Source: Eubacteriales bacterium (GTDB lineage Bacteria; Bacillota; Clostridia; Oscillospirales; CAG-272). From it: a stretch of 62,162 bases of DNA. Positions 1 to 11,900 of this stretch are shown here, piece after piece. The stretch is taken from positions 1-62,162 of the forward strand of contig JAZSEC010000010.1 of assembly GCA_045531485.1 (NCBI GenBank), in the 5' to 3' direction. The translations under genes and the position numbers were made by a program. A model generated the notes under the pieces. That model was not told the origin of the DNA. It searched no databases and saw nothing but the letters and a program-made list of their open reading frames with translations. Each line of letters begins with the position of its first letter. The stretch's first letter is position 1.

Positions 1-2535
1 GGTGATCTCCTGCGCACCAAGCTTGGTGTCACGAGCTTCCTTGGTGAACTTTTCAATATGGATAGAGGTATACATATCCTCGCGAACGAGCTTCTCATTA
101 AGGAGAACCGCGTCCTCGTAGTTGTAACCCTCCCAGGTCATAAAGCCGATAAGAGCATTCTTACCGAGAGAGATCTCACCGCCCTGGGTTGCGGGACCGT
201 CTGCAATAACCTGGCCTGCCTCTACTCTGTCGCCCTCGTTTACGATGGGACGCTGGTTTACGCAGGTGCCCTGGTTAGAACGCTTGAACTTGATTAAGTG
301 ATAGGTATCTCTGGAGCCTGTGTCGGAGAGAATAACGATTTCTGCACCGCTGGCACGCTCAACGATACCACCCTCCTTAGCAACGACTACTGCACCGGAG
401 TCAACCGCTGCCTTATACTCCATACCGGTAGCAACGATGGGAGAATCGGTAACCATGAGAGGCACAGCCTGCTTCTGCATGTTAGATCCCATGAGTGCAC
501 GGGTATTGTCGTCGTTCTCAAGGAAAGGAATACAGCCTGCCGCAACAGATACTGCCATCTGGGGGCATGCGTCCATAAGGTCAACCTCTGTAGGCTCAAC
601 CTCGATATACTCGGTGTTAAGTCGGCAGATAACCTTCTTGTTTACAAAGTAACCGTTCTCGTCAAGCTTCTCGTTAGCCTGAGCAACAACGTTGTTGTCC
701 TCTTCGTCTGCGGTGAGGTAAACAACCTCGTCAGTAACACGGCCGGTCTTCTTATCAACGATTCTGTAGGGTGCCTTAAGGAAGCCGTAATCGCTGATCT
801 TAGCGTAAGACGCAAGGTAGGAAATAAGACCGATGTTGGGACCCTCGGGCGTTTCTACAGGGCAGATACGACCGTAGTGGGTATAGTGAACGTCACGAAC
901 CTCGAAGGATGCTCTGTCTCTGGAAAGACCGCCGGGACCGAGTGCGGAAAGACGACGCTTGTGGGTCAGCTCGGCAAGAGGGTTGTTCTGGTCCATGAAC
1001 TGGGAAAGAGGCGAAGAGCCGAAGAACTCACGGATAGCGGTAGCTACGGGACGAGTGTTAATAAGAGCTTCGGGACGAAGATCGTCTGCGTCGTGAGTAG
1101 CCATACGCTCCTTGATATTCTTGTCCATTCTGGACATACCGATTCTCAGCTGGTTCTGAAGAAGCTCGCCTACGCAGCGAAGTCTTCTGTTGCCGAGATG
1201 GTCAATGTCATCGGTAGAGCCGATGCCATGAGTAAGACAAAGAAGATAGTTGATCGAAGCAAAAATATCTTCCTTGGTAATGTGCTTAGGACAAAGCTCG
1301 GTGAATCTGTCACCAACAAGCTTCTTGATATATCTCACCTTAGCCTCGCCCTCAAAGCCCTCGGACTCAGCCTCAGCGATAATTTCCTTAAGTATACCGA
1401 ATCTAACCTTTTCGCCTGCCTTTACGCCGCAGTCGGTAAGGTCGTAGCCGAGAACAAGCTCGGGACGAACGGTATTGTTGCCGAACACCTTAACCTCACG
1501 CTCGGTCTCGGTCTTGACAATAACCTCGTTTACAAGGCTGTCCTCAATAGCGATAGCAAGCTCGCGGGTGATCTCAACGCCTGCCTCGGCAACGATCTCA
1601 CCGGTAAGGGGGTTAACTACGGTTTCGGCGAGGGTCTTACCCTCAATTCTTCTGGCAAGAGCAACCTTGCTGTTGTACTTATAGCGGCCAACAGGAGCAA
1701 GATCGTATCTCTTGGGATCGAAGAACATATTGTTTATGAGGATCTCGGCGGACTCAACGTGGGGAGGCTCACCGGGACGGAGCTTCTTGTAGATCTCCTT
1801 AAGTGCCTCGTCGCGATAGGAGGTGCCGTTTTCCTCTGCAAGAGCAGCACACTCATCCTTGCTCATAGTAATCTTAAGGGCTTCCTCGTTACCGAACATC
1901 TCAAGGATAGCATCGTCGTTGTCCTCACCGGTAGCACTGAGTGCACGGATAAGAACGCTGATGGGAAGCTTGCGGTTCTTATCGATCTTAACGTAGAACA
2001 CGCCTACGGAGTCGCTCTCGTATTCAAGCCATGCTCCTCTATAGGGGATGACGGTAGCGGTGAAATTATGCTTACCCTGCTTGTCAACCTCGTCCGCATA
2101 GTACATTCCGGGAGAACGCACCAGCTGAGAAACGATAACTCTCTCTGCACCGTTTATAACAAAGGTACCGTTGTCGGTCATAAGGGGGAAGTCACCAAGG
2201 AAGATCTGAGCAGTCTTAAGCTCACCGGTTGCCTTGTTAACAAGACGAACGCCAACCTTCATGTGGGCGTCGTAGGTAACCGATCTGTCCTTGCACTCCT
2301 CAACGGGATACCTGGGAGTAGGATCAATTGTGTAGTCGGTAAACTCAATGGACAGATTTCCGGTGTAATCCACTATCGGAGAAACGTCACGGAGAACCTC
2401 GTTAAGTCCCTCTCTGAGGAACCACTCGTACGAGTCCTTCTGCACCTCGATAAGATTAGGCATTTCCGTAGCCGCTTCGATCTTGGAAAAGCTCATTCTT
2501 ACATTGGTGCCAAGTTTACGGGGTTTAAGCATCAT
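1..2535 (-). CDS. rpoB: DNA-directed RNA polymerase subunit beta (5' part, runs off the left edge)
   Basis: Not in the ORF track; I translated the - strand. Start [32 protein letters not shown] after a GGAGTG RBS; near the edge it reads [51 protein letters not shown]...[11 protein letters not shown]. Confidence 0.98.
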   Translation of the reverse strand, partial: MMLKPRKLGTNVRMSFSKIEAATEMPNLIEVQKDSYEWFLREGLNEVLRDVSPIVDYTGNLSIEFTDYTIDPTPRYPVEECKDRSVTYDAHMKVGVRLVNKATGELKTAQIFLGDFPLMTDNGTFVINGAERVIVSQLVRSPGMYYADEVDKQGKHNFTATVIPYRGAWLEYESDSVGVFYVKIDKNRKLPISVLIRALSATGEDNDDAILEMFGNEEALKITMSKDECAALAEENGTSYRDEALKEIYKKLRPGEPPHVESAEILINNMFFDPKRYDLAPVGRYKYNSKVALARRIEGKTLAETVVNPLTGEIVAEAGVEITRELAIAIEDSLVNEVIVKTETEREVKVFGNNTVRPELVLGYDLTDCGVKAGEKVRFGILKEIIAEAESEGFEGEAKVRYIKKLVGDRFTELCPKHITKEDIFASINYLLCLTHGIGSTDDIDHLGNRRLRCVGELLQNQLRIGMSRMDKNIKERMATHDADDLRPEALINTRPVATAIREFFGSSPLSQFMDQNNPLAELTHKRRLSALGPGGLSRDRASFEVRDVHYTHYGRICPVETPEGPNIGLISYLASYAKISDYGFLKAPYRIVDKKTGRVTDEVVYLTADEEDNNVVAQANEKLDENGYFVNKKVICRLNTEYIEVEPTEVDLMDACPQMAVSVAAGCIPFLENDDNTRALMGSNMQKQAVPLMVTDSPIVATGMEYKAAVDSGAVVVAKEGGIVERASGAEIVILSDTGSRDTYHLIKFKRSNQGTCVNQRPIVNEGDRVEAGQVIADGPATQGGEISLGKNALIGFMTWEGYNYEDAVLLNEKLVREDMYTSIHIEKFTKEARDTKLGAQEIT

Positions 2536-2733
2536 AAAAAGAATCACTCCATTCTTCAAAATTTTACTAATTCGGGTCGCTTAAAGCGATTTTTTGCCAT
2601 TACACTCCGTTTTTCAGGGGTATTTGGACAGTTTGTGCATTTTCTTTGGCGTTTTTTGGCTAAAATGACGAATTCTTCCTTAAAAAAGGGCAGAAATCCC
2701 CCAAAGAAAAATACAATTATTACGCATTTTAAT

Positions 2734-2761
2734 ATTATAGCATATTTTTTTCAATTGTCAA
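2734..2761 (-). promoter_or_regulatory. sigma-A promoter of rpoB
   Basis: TTGACA-16 nt-TATAAT with an extended TG, ~200 nt upstream of the rpoB ATG. Confidence 0.75.
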
Positions 2762-2850
2762 GCGTTTTTGGAAAATTTTTTCATGTTTTTTATTTGAGCC
2801 GAAGAATGAAAAAGAAAAAATGCAGATTTTGAATCAACATGAGACTAAAA

Positions 2851-2886
2851 AAACAAAAAGGCAACCCCGAATAATTCGGGGCTGCC
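2851..2886 (-). terminator. intrinsic terminator after the DUF554 gene
   Basis: On the - strand, GGCAGCCCCGAA-TTA-TTCGGGGTTGCC hairpin followed by a T tract. Confidence 0.75.
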
Positions 2887-2967
2887 GATTATAATAGTAA
2901 TGTAGTCATTTGTTGGTTTTTTCGATTAAAAATGCTCAAAAAACTCTTATTCTGCCCTATTTTTTCG

Positions 2968-3717
2968 TTAAGAAAACGCCGAGATCAAGAGAGAAAAAAG
3001 CGGCCATATCAGAGCAGGAAGGAAGATAGCAGGAGTCATATTTGCCGTTTTTACCTTAGTAACACCAAGCATATTGGTAGCGATAAGGAGGATGACCAAC
3101 GATCCGGTCGCAGACATATATGTGATGCTTTCCGTAGGAAGAATATTAGCAATAAAAAGACCTGCAAGGGTTAAAAGTCCCTGATAAACAAGCACAAATA
3201 CCGAGGATACGGCACAGCCTATTCCGAGAGTTGACGCCATGACAAAGCACATAATACCGTCAATTACGGATTTGGCAATTAAGAGATCAGGTTTACCGAG
3301 TGCATCCTGAAAAGCACCGTTGACCGTCATCGCACCAACGCAGAAGAGCATGCTGCAGGATACAAATCCCTCGGCAAATTTCCCCTTCTCTCCCTTGGCT
3401 GCGAATTTGCTTTCCAGTCTTTCGCCAAGGCGATTCACCCACTTGTCAATATCGATCAGCTCGCCGATCAAGGTACCCAGCCCCATAGAGATAACCATGA
3501 TAAGCACCTTGATAAGACCGTCAGAGAGAATAAAGCCCTCACTCACAGAAGGTGCGGCCTCAAGGATGCCGTCTATTCCTATGTAAATCACGCAGACCGC
3601 CATAGCCTGCTTTAATGCATTGCTGATTCTTTCGGGCACGCCTTTTTTAACCAGCATACCCAGTATTCCGCATATCAAAACCGCGAAAAAGTTAACTATA
3701 GTTCCCAAAAATGGCAT
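2968..3717 (-). CDS. DUF554 (YdfK-like) membrane protein
   Basis: GTIVN start, GTLIGELIDID and FCVGAMTVNGAFQD...AKSVIDG motifs; very hydrophobic. Confidence 0.9.
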   Translation of the reverse strand: MPFLGTIVNFFAVLICGILGMLVKKGVPERISNALKQAMAVCVIYIGIDGILEAAPSVSEGFILSDGLIKVLIMVISMGLGTLIGELIDIDKWVNRLGERLESKFAAKGEKGKFAEGFVSCSMLFCVGAMTVNGAFQDALGKPDLLIAKSVIDGIMCFVMASTLGIGCAVSSVFVLVYQGLLTLAGLFIANILPTESITYMSATGSLVILLIATNMLGVTKVKTANMTPAIFLPALIWPLFSLLISAFS

Positions 3718-3757
3718 ATTTCCTCCCTAAAGCGGGCAAAAGTCCGTTTTGAAAAAA

Positions 3758-5164
3758 TTACAAATCTACAGTATCACAAAGCTGCCCTGCAATGATATAA
3801 TGGTCAAGCAGCTTAATGTCACAATTGTTGAAGATCATCTCAAAAAGCTTAGTTACGCTGACGTCATCCGAGGATGCACGGGTAGTGCCGAAGGGATGGT
3901 TATGAGCAATGGAAACCGTTCTTGCAGACATACCGAGAGCCACGTCGATCGCCTTTCTCGGCAGAACCTCAGAGGAGGTTACCGTTCCCTCACCAAGCAG
4001 CTCGCAGCCGATAAATCTACCTCTGCCGTCGAAGCCGATAAGATAGGTCTTTTCCACGGATTCGCCCACGTAAAGTGCCTTTAAATAATCGGCAATTTCC
4101 GCCCTCGTATACACCCCGCCGTTCTTTAAAAGATCGGTACGGCGTCTTGAACAAATATAGGCGAGTGTTTTAACATAAAAGGCACATCTCTCGTCGGTCA
4201 GAGAGGCCAGCTCCCTCGGAGATGCACAAAGAATGTTTTCGATGGTGTGATATTTGTTTATGAGCATATCTGCCCTGCTCTGTGCATCATCTCCCGACTG
4301 ATAGGAGAGAAGCCTTGCGAGATAGGGCGAGTCCTTACGGTTGTAGCCGTTGTCCGCGGCAACAACCCCTGTCCTTGACCCAGATGAAACAGAGCTAAGT
4401 CGTGCGTTGCCCGACGAGTCCCTGCTCTCAAAAAATCTGCCTACTGCGGGCATCTGGGAAAGCTTAACGTTGAAGTTCTGAAGCGAGCCGATACCTGCGT
4501 AATGCTCACCGCATATTATATAATGCTCGGCGTGTAGAATACCCGACATCTGCATTGCATCTGTAATTGCAAGATTGGTCGCCCTGTCACCCTGGGTGGG
4601 ATAGAAGGGGCCGAAGGGATGGTTATGTGCAGTAATAACCACTGCCGCAGAGCATTCGATTGCTCCGTCAATAAACGGCTTTGCTTTCACTCCGCCCGAC
4701 TCGTATTCAAGATCATAGAGCTTCTTGAAGGAGAGAAGCCTCATTCCACTGTCGAGATAAAGTGCAACCACCTGCTTGGTGCTGACACCCGAAAAATAGT
4801 CGGTAAGATACCTACCTACTGCATCATAGCTTGATAGATCGGGGCCTTGATCAGTAAGGATTTCTGCCCCTAAAATGTCAGAAAGTAGGCCTACGTCCAC
4901 GAGAAAATCCGACGTACGCTGTCCAATTCCACTCTGTTCCTTCAGCTCCTCGCCATCTGCACTCAGCACTCCGTCAAGGCCGCCAAATGCCATAAGGAGT
5001 CGCTTTGAAATAGGGTTGGTGTCCTTATAGGGAATGGTATGATACAGCAGCATTTCAAGTAGCTCATAGGTATCGAAGATACGCTGACCGTGGGCAAGAA
5101 GCTTTGCCCTCATTCTGCCGCGATGGCCCTCATGGATGCGGCTATCATCTATAAACTTTTCCAC
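3758..5164 (-). CDS. RadC/UPF0758-family protein with two tandem JAB (MPN+) modules
   Basis: HEGHRGRMR...YELLEMLL N-terminus, helix-hairpin-helix-like segment and two AHNHPFG-x7-D motifs. GTG at 5164 preferred because AGGAGG sits at the right spacing (the ORF track starts at 5173). Confidence 0.88.
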   Translation of the reverse strand: MEKFIDDSRIHEGHRGRMRAKLLAHGQRIFDTYELLEMLLYHTIPYKDTNPISKRLLMAFGGLDGVLSADGEELKEQSGIGQRTSDFLVDVGLLSDILGAEILTDQGPDLSSYDAVGRYLTDYFSGVSTKQVVALYLDSGMRLLSFKKLYDLEYESGGVKAKPFIDGAIECSAAVVITAHNHPFGPFYPTQGDRATNLAITDAMQMSGILHAEHYIICGEHYAGIGSLQNFNVKLSQMPAVGRFFESRDSSGNARLSSVSSGSRTGVVAADNGYNRKDSPYLARLLSYQSGDDAQSRADMLINKYHTIENILCASPRELASLTDERCAFYVKTLAYICSRRRTDLLKNGGVYTRAEIADYLKALYVGESVEKTYLIGFDGRGRFIGCELLGEGTVTSSEVLPRKAIDVALGMSARTVSIAHNHPFGTTRASSDDVSVTKLFEMIFNNCDIKLLDHYIIAGQLCDTVDL

Positions 5165-5197
5165 AAAGGTCACCTCCTAAAAAAATTCTACTGAAAA

Positions 5198-5905
5198 TCA
5201 GCCTCTGAACTGTCCCTTGGTGAGAAACTCCGGAGCTATCTCAGGATTAAATCCATCCGGCTTTGTAATTTCAAGCATATTTATTTTCATGCCCTGCTCC
5301 GAGAAATTTTTCTCGTATTCGGTCATGATATTACCCTCGTTCCACTCGGAATTATGAAGATCACGTGTAAGCTTGGACAATGAAAGACCCATAGCCTCGA
5401 TCTCCTCAAGAGAGAAGTCAAAAAGACCTGCGTTGTCGGTTTTAAAGCGTAACGTACCCCCGTTTTTGAGTAAATTCATATACATCGCAAGATATCTGCG
5501 GTGGGTAAGACGACGCTTTGCGTATCCCTTTTTAGACCAGGGATCAGAGAAATTAAGGAATATCGCATCCACGCTACCGGGTGCGAAAATATGCATAAGA
5601 TTGTCCGCGGTGTCAATAAGGAAGCGAAGATTTTTCAGCTCGCCATACTCCCCGGATTTAGCCTTCTCCACGCAGAGAACAACACAATCGGTTACTCTTT
5701 CCATAGCAAAATACGCCGCGTCAGCGTGACGCGCTGCCATAGCACAGGCAAATCCACCCTTACCCGCACCTATCTCAAGGTAAACCTTGCCACCCGCAAC
5801 GCCCATAGCGGACGCAGGATCGCTCATAACCTCATCGGTTGTAAAAAGGTATTCTCCACAGGCAGCAAGACGCTCCTCGGTGTGCTTCTTTTTTCTCATT
5901 CTCAT
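5198..5905 (-). CDS. trmB: tRNA (guanine-N7)-methyltransferase
   Basis: MRMRKK start, LEIGAGKG SAM motif, LNFSDPWSKKGYAKRRLT, FKTDN, MTEYE. Confidence 0.96.
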   Translation of the reverse strand: MRMRKKKHTEERLAACGEYLFTTDEVMSDPASAMGVAGGKVYLEIGAGKGGFACAMAARHADAAYFAMERVTDCVVLCVEKAKSGEYGELKNLRFLIDTADNLMHIFAPGSVDAIFLNFSDPWSKKGYAKRRLTHRRYLAMYMNLLKNGGTLRFKTDNAGLFDFSLEEIEAMGLSLSKLTRDLHNSEWNEGNIMTEYEKNFSEQGMKINMLEITKPDGFNPEIAPEFLTKGQFRG

Positions 5906-5983
5906 ATCTTTATAAACTCGCTTCTAAGTCAAAATATGTGATTTTTGCAAACTTTATTTTGCATTTTATATCTAATTTCAAGA

Positions 5984-7582
5984 TTAATCGTCGTTTTTGC
6001 TGAACTCAGCAAGGCGAAGATTCGGGTTATCCTCAAGCACCCAACGAATAGCCCACTCGCTGGTGAAGATAAGCAGATTTTTACCTCTGAAATCCTGCAC
6101 CCACTTGGTGTCGTGAGATAATCTTAAGGTCTTTGGGTCCAGATCCTCATTCTCGATCCAACGGATCTGGCTATATCCCATATTGGTACGACGAAGATCA
6201 CAGCCGTACTCGCTCTTAAGACGGTATTCAAGAACCTCGAACTGAAGCACGCCTACAACGCCAACGATAACCCTTTCAAGACCGGAGTTGGGCTCGAAGA
6301 ATATCTGAATAGCACCCTCCTGAGCGATCTGATTCATACCCTTGGCAAACTGCTTACGCTTCATGGAATCCACCTGCTCGACCATAGCAAAATGCTCGGG
6401 AGCGAAGGTGGGAATACCCTCGAACTTTATTTTCTTTCCTTTCTCACAAACGGTATCGCCGATGGAGAAAATACCGGGATCAAACACGCCGATAATATCA
6501 CCTGCATAGGCCTCGTCGATAACCTCTCTCTCGGATGCCATCATCTGCTGAGGCTGAGAAAGACGGAAGGCCTTGTTGCCCTGAACGTGATAGTAATCCT
6601 TGCCACGCTCAAACTTACCCGAGCAGATACGCATGAAGGCAATACGGTCACGGTGTGCCTTATTCATATTCGCCTGAATTTTGAAAACGAAGGCGGAAAA
6701 GTCGGGATCGAAGGGATCTATAACTTCCCCCTCCGCCACTCTGGGAAGGGGCGAAGTGGTCATTTTAAGGAAATGCTCGAGGAAGGGCTCAATGCCGAAA
6801 TTGTTAAGAGCAGAGCCGAAGAAAACGGGAGAAAGCTTGCCGTGGCGAACCGCCTCAAGATCAAAATCGCCTCCTGCACCCTCAAGCAGCTCTATCTGCT
6901 CGCAGAACTCCATACGCTGATTCTCGCCAACCAGCTCGTCGAGAAGAGCCGTATCCGTAATATCAACGTCGATGCCACGGATCCTGTCACGACCTCTGTG
7001 CGAATCGCCGAAGGAAAGAAGGGTACGCTTATCTCTGTCGTAAACGCCCTTAAATTTCTGGCCGCAGCCGATAGGCCAGTTCATAGGATAGGTGCCGATG
7101 CCGAACTCTCTTTCCAGCTCGTCGAGAAGATCAAAGGGATCTCTCGCCTCACGGTCCATCTTGTTAATGAAGGTGAAGATGGGAATATCACGCATAGCAC
7201 AAACCTTAAAGAGCTTTCTGGTCTGAGGCTCGATACCCTTAGCGGCGTCGATAACCATTACCGCCGAGTCTGCCGCCATAAGCGTACGGTAGGTGTCCTC
7301 GGAGAAATCCTGGTGTCCGGGGGTATCAAGAATATTGATGCAGTAGCCATCGTATTCAAACTGAAGAACCGAGGAGGTGATAGAAATACCTCTCTGCTTC
7401 TCAAGCTCCATCCAGTCGGAAACTGCGTGCTTGTCGTTCTGCTTGCCCTTTACAGAGCCTGCAGACTGAATAGCACCGCCGTAAAGCAGAAACTTCTCGG
7501 TAAGGGTGGTCTTACCCGCGTCGGGGTGTGAAATTATCGCAAAGGTGCGACGTCTTTTAATTTCAGATACAAAATCAGCCAT
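5984..7582 (-). CDS. prfC: peptide chain release factor 3
   Basis: RRTFAIISHPDAGKTTLTEK, DTPGHQDFSEDTYR and NKMD motifs; ATG at 7582 with a GAAAGGA RBS. Confidence 0.98.
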   Translation of the reverse strand: MADFVSEIKRRRTFAIISHPDAGKTTLTEKFLLYGGAIQSAGSVKGKQNDKHAVSDWMELEKQRGISITSSVLQFEYDGYCINILDTPGHQDFSEDTYRTLMAADSAVMVIDAAKGIEPQTRKLFKVCAMRDIPIFTFINKMDREARDPFDLLDELEREFGIGTYPMNWPIGCGQKFKGVYDRDKRTLLSFGDSHRGRDRIRGIDVDITDTALLDELVGENQRMEFCEQIELLEGAGGDFDLEAVRHGKLSPVFFGSALNNFGIEPFLEHFLKMTTSPLPRVAEGEVIDPFDPDFSAFVFKIQANMNKAHRDRIAFMRICSGKFERGKDYYHVQGNKAFRLSQPQQMMASEREVIDEAYAGDIIGVFDPGIFSIGDTVCEKGKKIKFEGIPTFAPEHFAMVEQVDSMKRKQFAKGMNQIAQEGAIQIFFEPNSGLERVIVGVVGVLQFEVLEYRLKSEYGCDLRRTNMGYSQIRWIENEDLDPKTLRLSHDTKWVQDFRGKNLLIFTSEWAIRWVLEDNPNLRLAEFSKNDD

Positions 7583-7833
7583 TTTATTCCTTTCATAGCA
7601 TATTTTGAGTATATTTCCCCTCAAAATAGCATACTTCCCATTTTAATTATAACTAAAATATAATAACACATAAAAATATTTTTGTCAATAGTGATAGCAG
7701 AAAATGGAAGGCGAGAGGACTTTTTTCGCCTTCAAGTACTTATATCTGCAGAATTTACAAATCAAACGTTGACATCGCGGTAAGAAAACTTTATAATTAT
7801 ATTAAGATAACTAATGATTTGGAGCATACTATA

Positions 7834-8547
7834 ATGGTTAAGGCGATATTTTTTGATCTTGACGGCACTCTTTTGCCTATGGATCAGGACGTCTTTATAA
7901 AGGCATATCTCGGAGGTCTGGTAAAAAGACTTGCACCCAAGGGATACGATCCCGGGGCAATTGCAGGTGCTTTATGGACCAGCACCGGTGCTATGATGAA
8001 GAACGACGGTAAGCTCAGCAACGAGGAGGTCTTCTGGAACAGCTTTGCCGCTATTTTAGGCGAGGGTGTGCGTGATGAAGATGAAAGCCTTGATGAGTTT
8101 TACTCAGGCGAGTTCCAGAGCATCAAGGATGTGTGCGGATATACTCTGCTCGCAAAGGAGCTTATCGATCGGCTGAAGCAGACCGATCTACGAGTTATTC
8201 TTGCCACAAGCCCACTGTTTCCTACCGTAGCGACCGAAAGCCGTATACGCTGGGCAGGACTTGAGCCCTCGGACTTTGAATATGTGACCACGTACGAAAA
8301 CAGCCGCTACTGTAAGCCTAATCCCACGTATTACACCAATCTGTGCGAAAAGCTCGGCCTTAAGCCTGACGAGGTGGTTATGATCGGAAACGACGTTGGC
8401 GACGATATGGTTGCAGAAACGGTGGATATGCGTGTATTTCTGTTGACCGATTGCCTTATCAACAAGTCCGGAAGAAATATCAACGACTTCAGACACGGTG
8501 GATTTTCCGAGCTGATGAATTATATCGAGGAGATTATCAATGAGTAA
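7834..8547 (+). CDS. HAD-superfamily hydrolase
   Basis: FFDLDGTLL motif I, KP motif III, MIGNDVGDD motif IV; ATG at 7834 after GGAG. Confidence 0.9.
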   Translation: MVKAIFFDLDGTLLPMDQDVFIKAYLGGLVKRLAPKGYDPGAIAGALWTSTGAMMKNDGKLSNEEVFWNSFAAILGEGVRDEDESLDEFYSGEFQSIKDVCGYTLLAKELIDRLKQTDLRVILATSPLFPTVATESRIRWAGLEPSDFEYVTTYENSRYCKPNPTYYTNLCEKLGLKPDEVVMIGNDVGDDMVAETVDMRVFLLTDCLINKSGRNINDFRHGGFSELMNYIEEIINE

Positions 8548-8956
8548 GAGATTTTTTGCTATCATACTGATATTTGCAATGCTGCTTTTGGTTGGATGTA
8601 ACGGCGATTCCGGTGTCGGCGGAAACAACGAAGGCAATAGCAACGAAAACGGAGGAAACAATATGAACAACGGCAGCACCGAGAATGGCGGAAGCAAATC
8701 AGACGGCTTTGTGCTAAAGGCTATCGTAAAGTCAGTAAATGACGATATGATAGAGGTTGAGGTTATAGAAAGCGACTATGCCTTCGGCATTTATTGGGTG
8801 CGTACCGGCCTGTTGACTTCGTACAGATCAGCAGACGGTGGCATCGCTGCCAGAAGCGATATCAAGGCGGGCGACACCGTAAGGATCACCTACAACGGCC
8901 AGACCATGATGAGCCTGCCTCCCCAGATCGTAGCGATCGTTATTACAATAGAGTAA
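8540..8956 (+). CDS. lipoprotein, YobA/DUF3221-like OB-fold
   Basis: Lipobox LVGC, Gly/Asn linker, C-terminal DIKAGDTVRITYNGQTMMSLPPQIVA pattern. Confidence 0.65.
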   Translation: MSKRFFAIILIFAMLLLVGCNGDSGVGGNNEGNSNENGGNNMNNGSTENGGSKSDGFVLKAIVKSVNDDMIEVEVIESDYAFGIYWVRTGLLTSYRSADGGIAARSDIKAGDTVRITYNGQTMMSLPPQIVAIVITIE

Positions 8957-8981
8957 AAGCTGACTCGGATAGGAGAAAACA

Positions 8982-11900
8982 ATGAAAAAATTACTTGCTT
9001 TTTTATTAATTTTTGTTTGCTTAAGCTTAGTTCTTTCAAGCTGTGGAATCATTGGCGGTAGCGGCAATGGTGGAAACGGTGACAACGGCAGTGGCAGCGG
9101 TGATGGAGCCAAAAAGCGTGTGCCTATCTACCAGGGAATGAGCATCAGCTCTGATAAGCTTATGGCAAGTGCCGAAATCCCTATGACATGGGCGGGTACA
9201 AACAACGGAAACGGCAACAACGGCGATAACGGCAACCACTACGGTCAGTTCAAGGGCGACCACGAGGGCAAGGGCGAGGAGATCGACAAGGATAATCCCT
9301 TCCCCGAAAATGGAGCAGGCGAAAGCATAGAGAACGAAGCCGAGTCCTCTATCAAGGTTGAGGGTGCTGTGCATGAGATTTACTATGCAGAGCCTAATCA
9401 GGATATCTATATTTACATACATATTGACAATCCCGATAGCTTTGAGATCATGTCCTTTACCCTGAACGACAAAAAGTACTCAAGCTATATGTTCGAGGAT
9501 GGCTCGGATATGGAAACCATTATCTTAAAGTACAACGTTGGAAATGCCAGCGGTATCGTTGAATACACCATCGATGCCATCAAATACGTTGACGGTACAG
9601 AGATCAAGGACGTGCTTATTGACGGTGACAAGACCGTCAGAGCAGGTGTCAAAACCGAAAACCAGGTTTCCTCCGCGATTTCTGGCGTAAATATCGGAAC
9701 TAACTCTATTTCCTTTAATGCGAATATTACGGACAACGACGGACTTGTAGCCTTCTTTGGCGGCAAGCTTTGTGCTGTTATCTACGATGGCTTTGAGATC
9801 GTTGCAGAGCAGGAGCTTTCTCTCGGTGAAAATTCCGTTTCCTTTGACGGACTTAAGACCAACACGATCTATCAGTATGCTGTTGTAGGCTATTATGACG
9901 ACCTCGCGGGCGGCGGTTTTGGAATGAACGTTCTACTTAAGGATGCTTTCTGTACAGAGTCGGTTGTTCTCTTCAGCGACATAAGCGTTTGGAAGGATGG
10001 AATCGACTTTGGCCTTCTCTGGCACGAGAGCTGCGAAGCAAAGCAGCTGATCTCTCTTAAGCTCTACCAGAACGATAGGCTAGTAAAAGAGCTGTCCCCC
10101 GATGCGACAAGCGTCAAAGAGCTGCTCTCTGCAAGCACCTACACCCTTATCGCAGAGTACTCCAACGGTGGCGAAGCCGAGAGCATCTATCTTGAGTTTA
10201 CAACTTGCGAAAAGGTCACGCCTGTAATCAATTTGAACAAGAACAGCATTACCCAAAGCTCTATCAGCTTTATCATCACAGAAGAAGATGAGGAGAGTGT
10301 TGGTAGCATTACAAAAATCGAGCTTATACACAAAAACGGCACTACGGTTGCGGAAAATGTCGACGTAAGAGAGTTCACTGAGCTTCTCTCGGGCAACGAA
10401 TACACCGTTAAGGTGACCTATACATACGACCTGAACGACGGCAACGGCGAGCAGACGATAGTTAGTGAAGTAACGACCGCTACTCTCGCAAAGGCTAAAC
10501 CTGTCATCGAAATCGACAAAGCGACACTCACTCAGAATGACGTCAAGGCCAGCCACACTATAACAGACGTTGACGGCACGCTTATTGACTATCGCTTTGA
10601 CCTCTATAAAGGTGCAATGCTTGTAAAGGGCGAGGCAAAGGAGATCAATTTCAACTCTCTCACCTATTACACCGAGTACACCGTAAAGCTGACATATACA
10701 TATAACCTGAATGACGGCAAGGGTATTCAGACCGTAAGCGAAGAGTATAAATACACCACCCTGCCCTACATTGACGTTACCGGATGCAATATTGCTAACA
10801 CCTCCGCCGTGTCCGAGGGTGACACAATCTTCATGCAGGTAACACTCGACAATCCATTAAATATGACGGTTGAGTCGGTTGTGATTAATGGCGAAACCTA
10901 TAACGTAACCGGTGCATCTACCGCAAAGAAGATATTTGTTGAAATAGTTTATAACGGTCAGTTTGCAGGCGGTGACACCCACCTTAAAATTGACAAGGTT
11001 AATGCCAAGATTGATAACACAATAGTTTCTGTAGAGCCAAAATCGGAACTTGCAGACAACGTGTTTATCAACGGCAAGCTTGAGGTTATCAGCCTTGAAT
11101 TTGTTAATGAGAATTTCGAGACAATTACCTATTCATTAGGAAGCGACCGCATCTTCGTGCTTTTAACCCTTGATAATCCTACCGGCTATGATATTGATGA
11201 TATGAAAGAAAGTAACGTGATGACCGGTCCCAAAAAAGACTTTATTAAGATTGATAATAACCATTGGTATTACGAGTATTTCTGGAACTGGGAAGGCGGA
11301 ATGGATGAAACTGTTAGAATAGATATGGAGAATATCTCCTATTCTAACGAGTATATTAATAAAACTGTTGAAACCGATACCAGTACATCCGCTCTGATGC
11401 TTATTTCCAACAGAGAGCCTATTTATATTTCTACTGCAGACGATCTGCTGAGAATGTCCGCTGGTCGCTATTACGTATTAACAAATGATATAGACCTTTC
11501 CGGCAGAGAGTGGATTGGCGGTAAGCTCTCCGGCGTGTTTGACGGAAATGGTTATTCTATCAAGAATATGTCCTTTGTGGGTACGGTTACCAACTCTTCT
11601 ATTTATCCTGGCCTATTCAGTTACGCAGATGGCTCAATCGAAAACCTGCATATCAAAAATGCAACTATAATTGCAGACACCCCCTTTGATGGTTCTACAT
11701 ATGCAGGATTCTTTGTAGGTTGCGGATATAATGTTTCGTTTACTAATTGTTCAATAGATGAAAATTCTATAATTAGCATGAATAAAGCACAAGCCGTAGG
11801 CGGTTTTGCTGGATGTATAGACAAATCCATATCAATATTTACGAATTGCACAAACAGCGGTGCTGTGAGCGGGAATAATAATGTAGGCGGATTCGTTGGA

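Noticed and set aside
298-2832. 844-aa + strand ORF
   Set aside because: In-register antisense shadow of rpoB. These genes rarely use TTA, CTA or TCA codons, so the opposite strand lacks stops; the product has no recognisable motifs.
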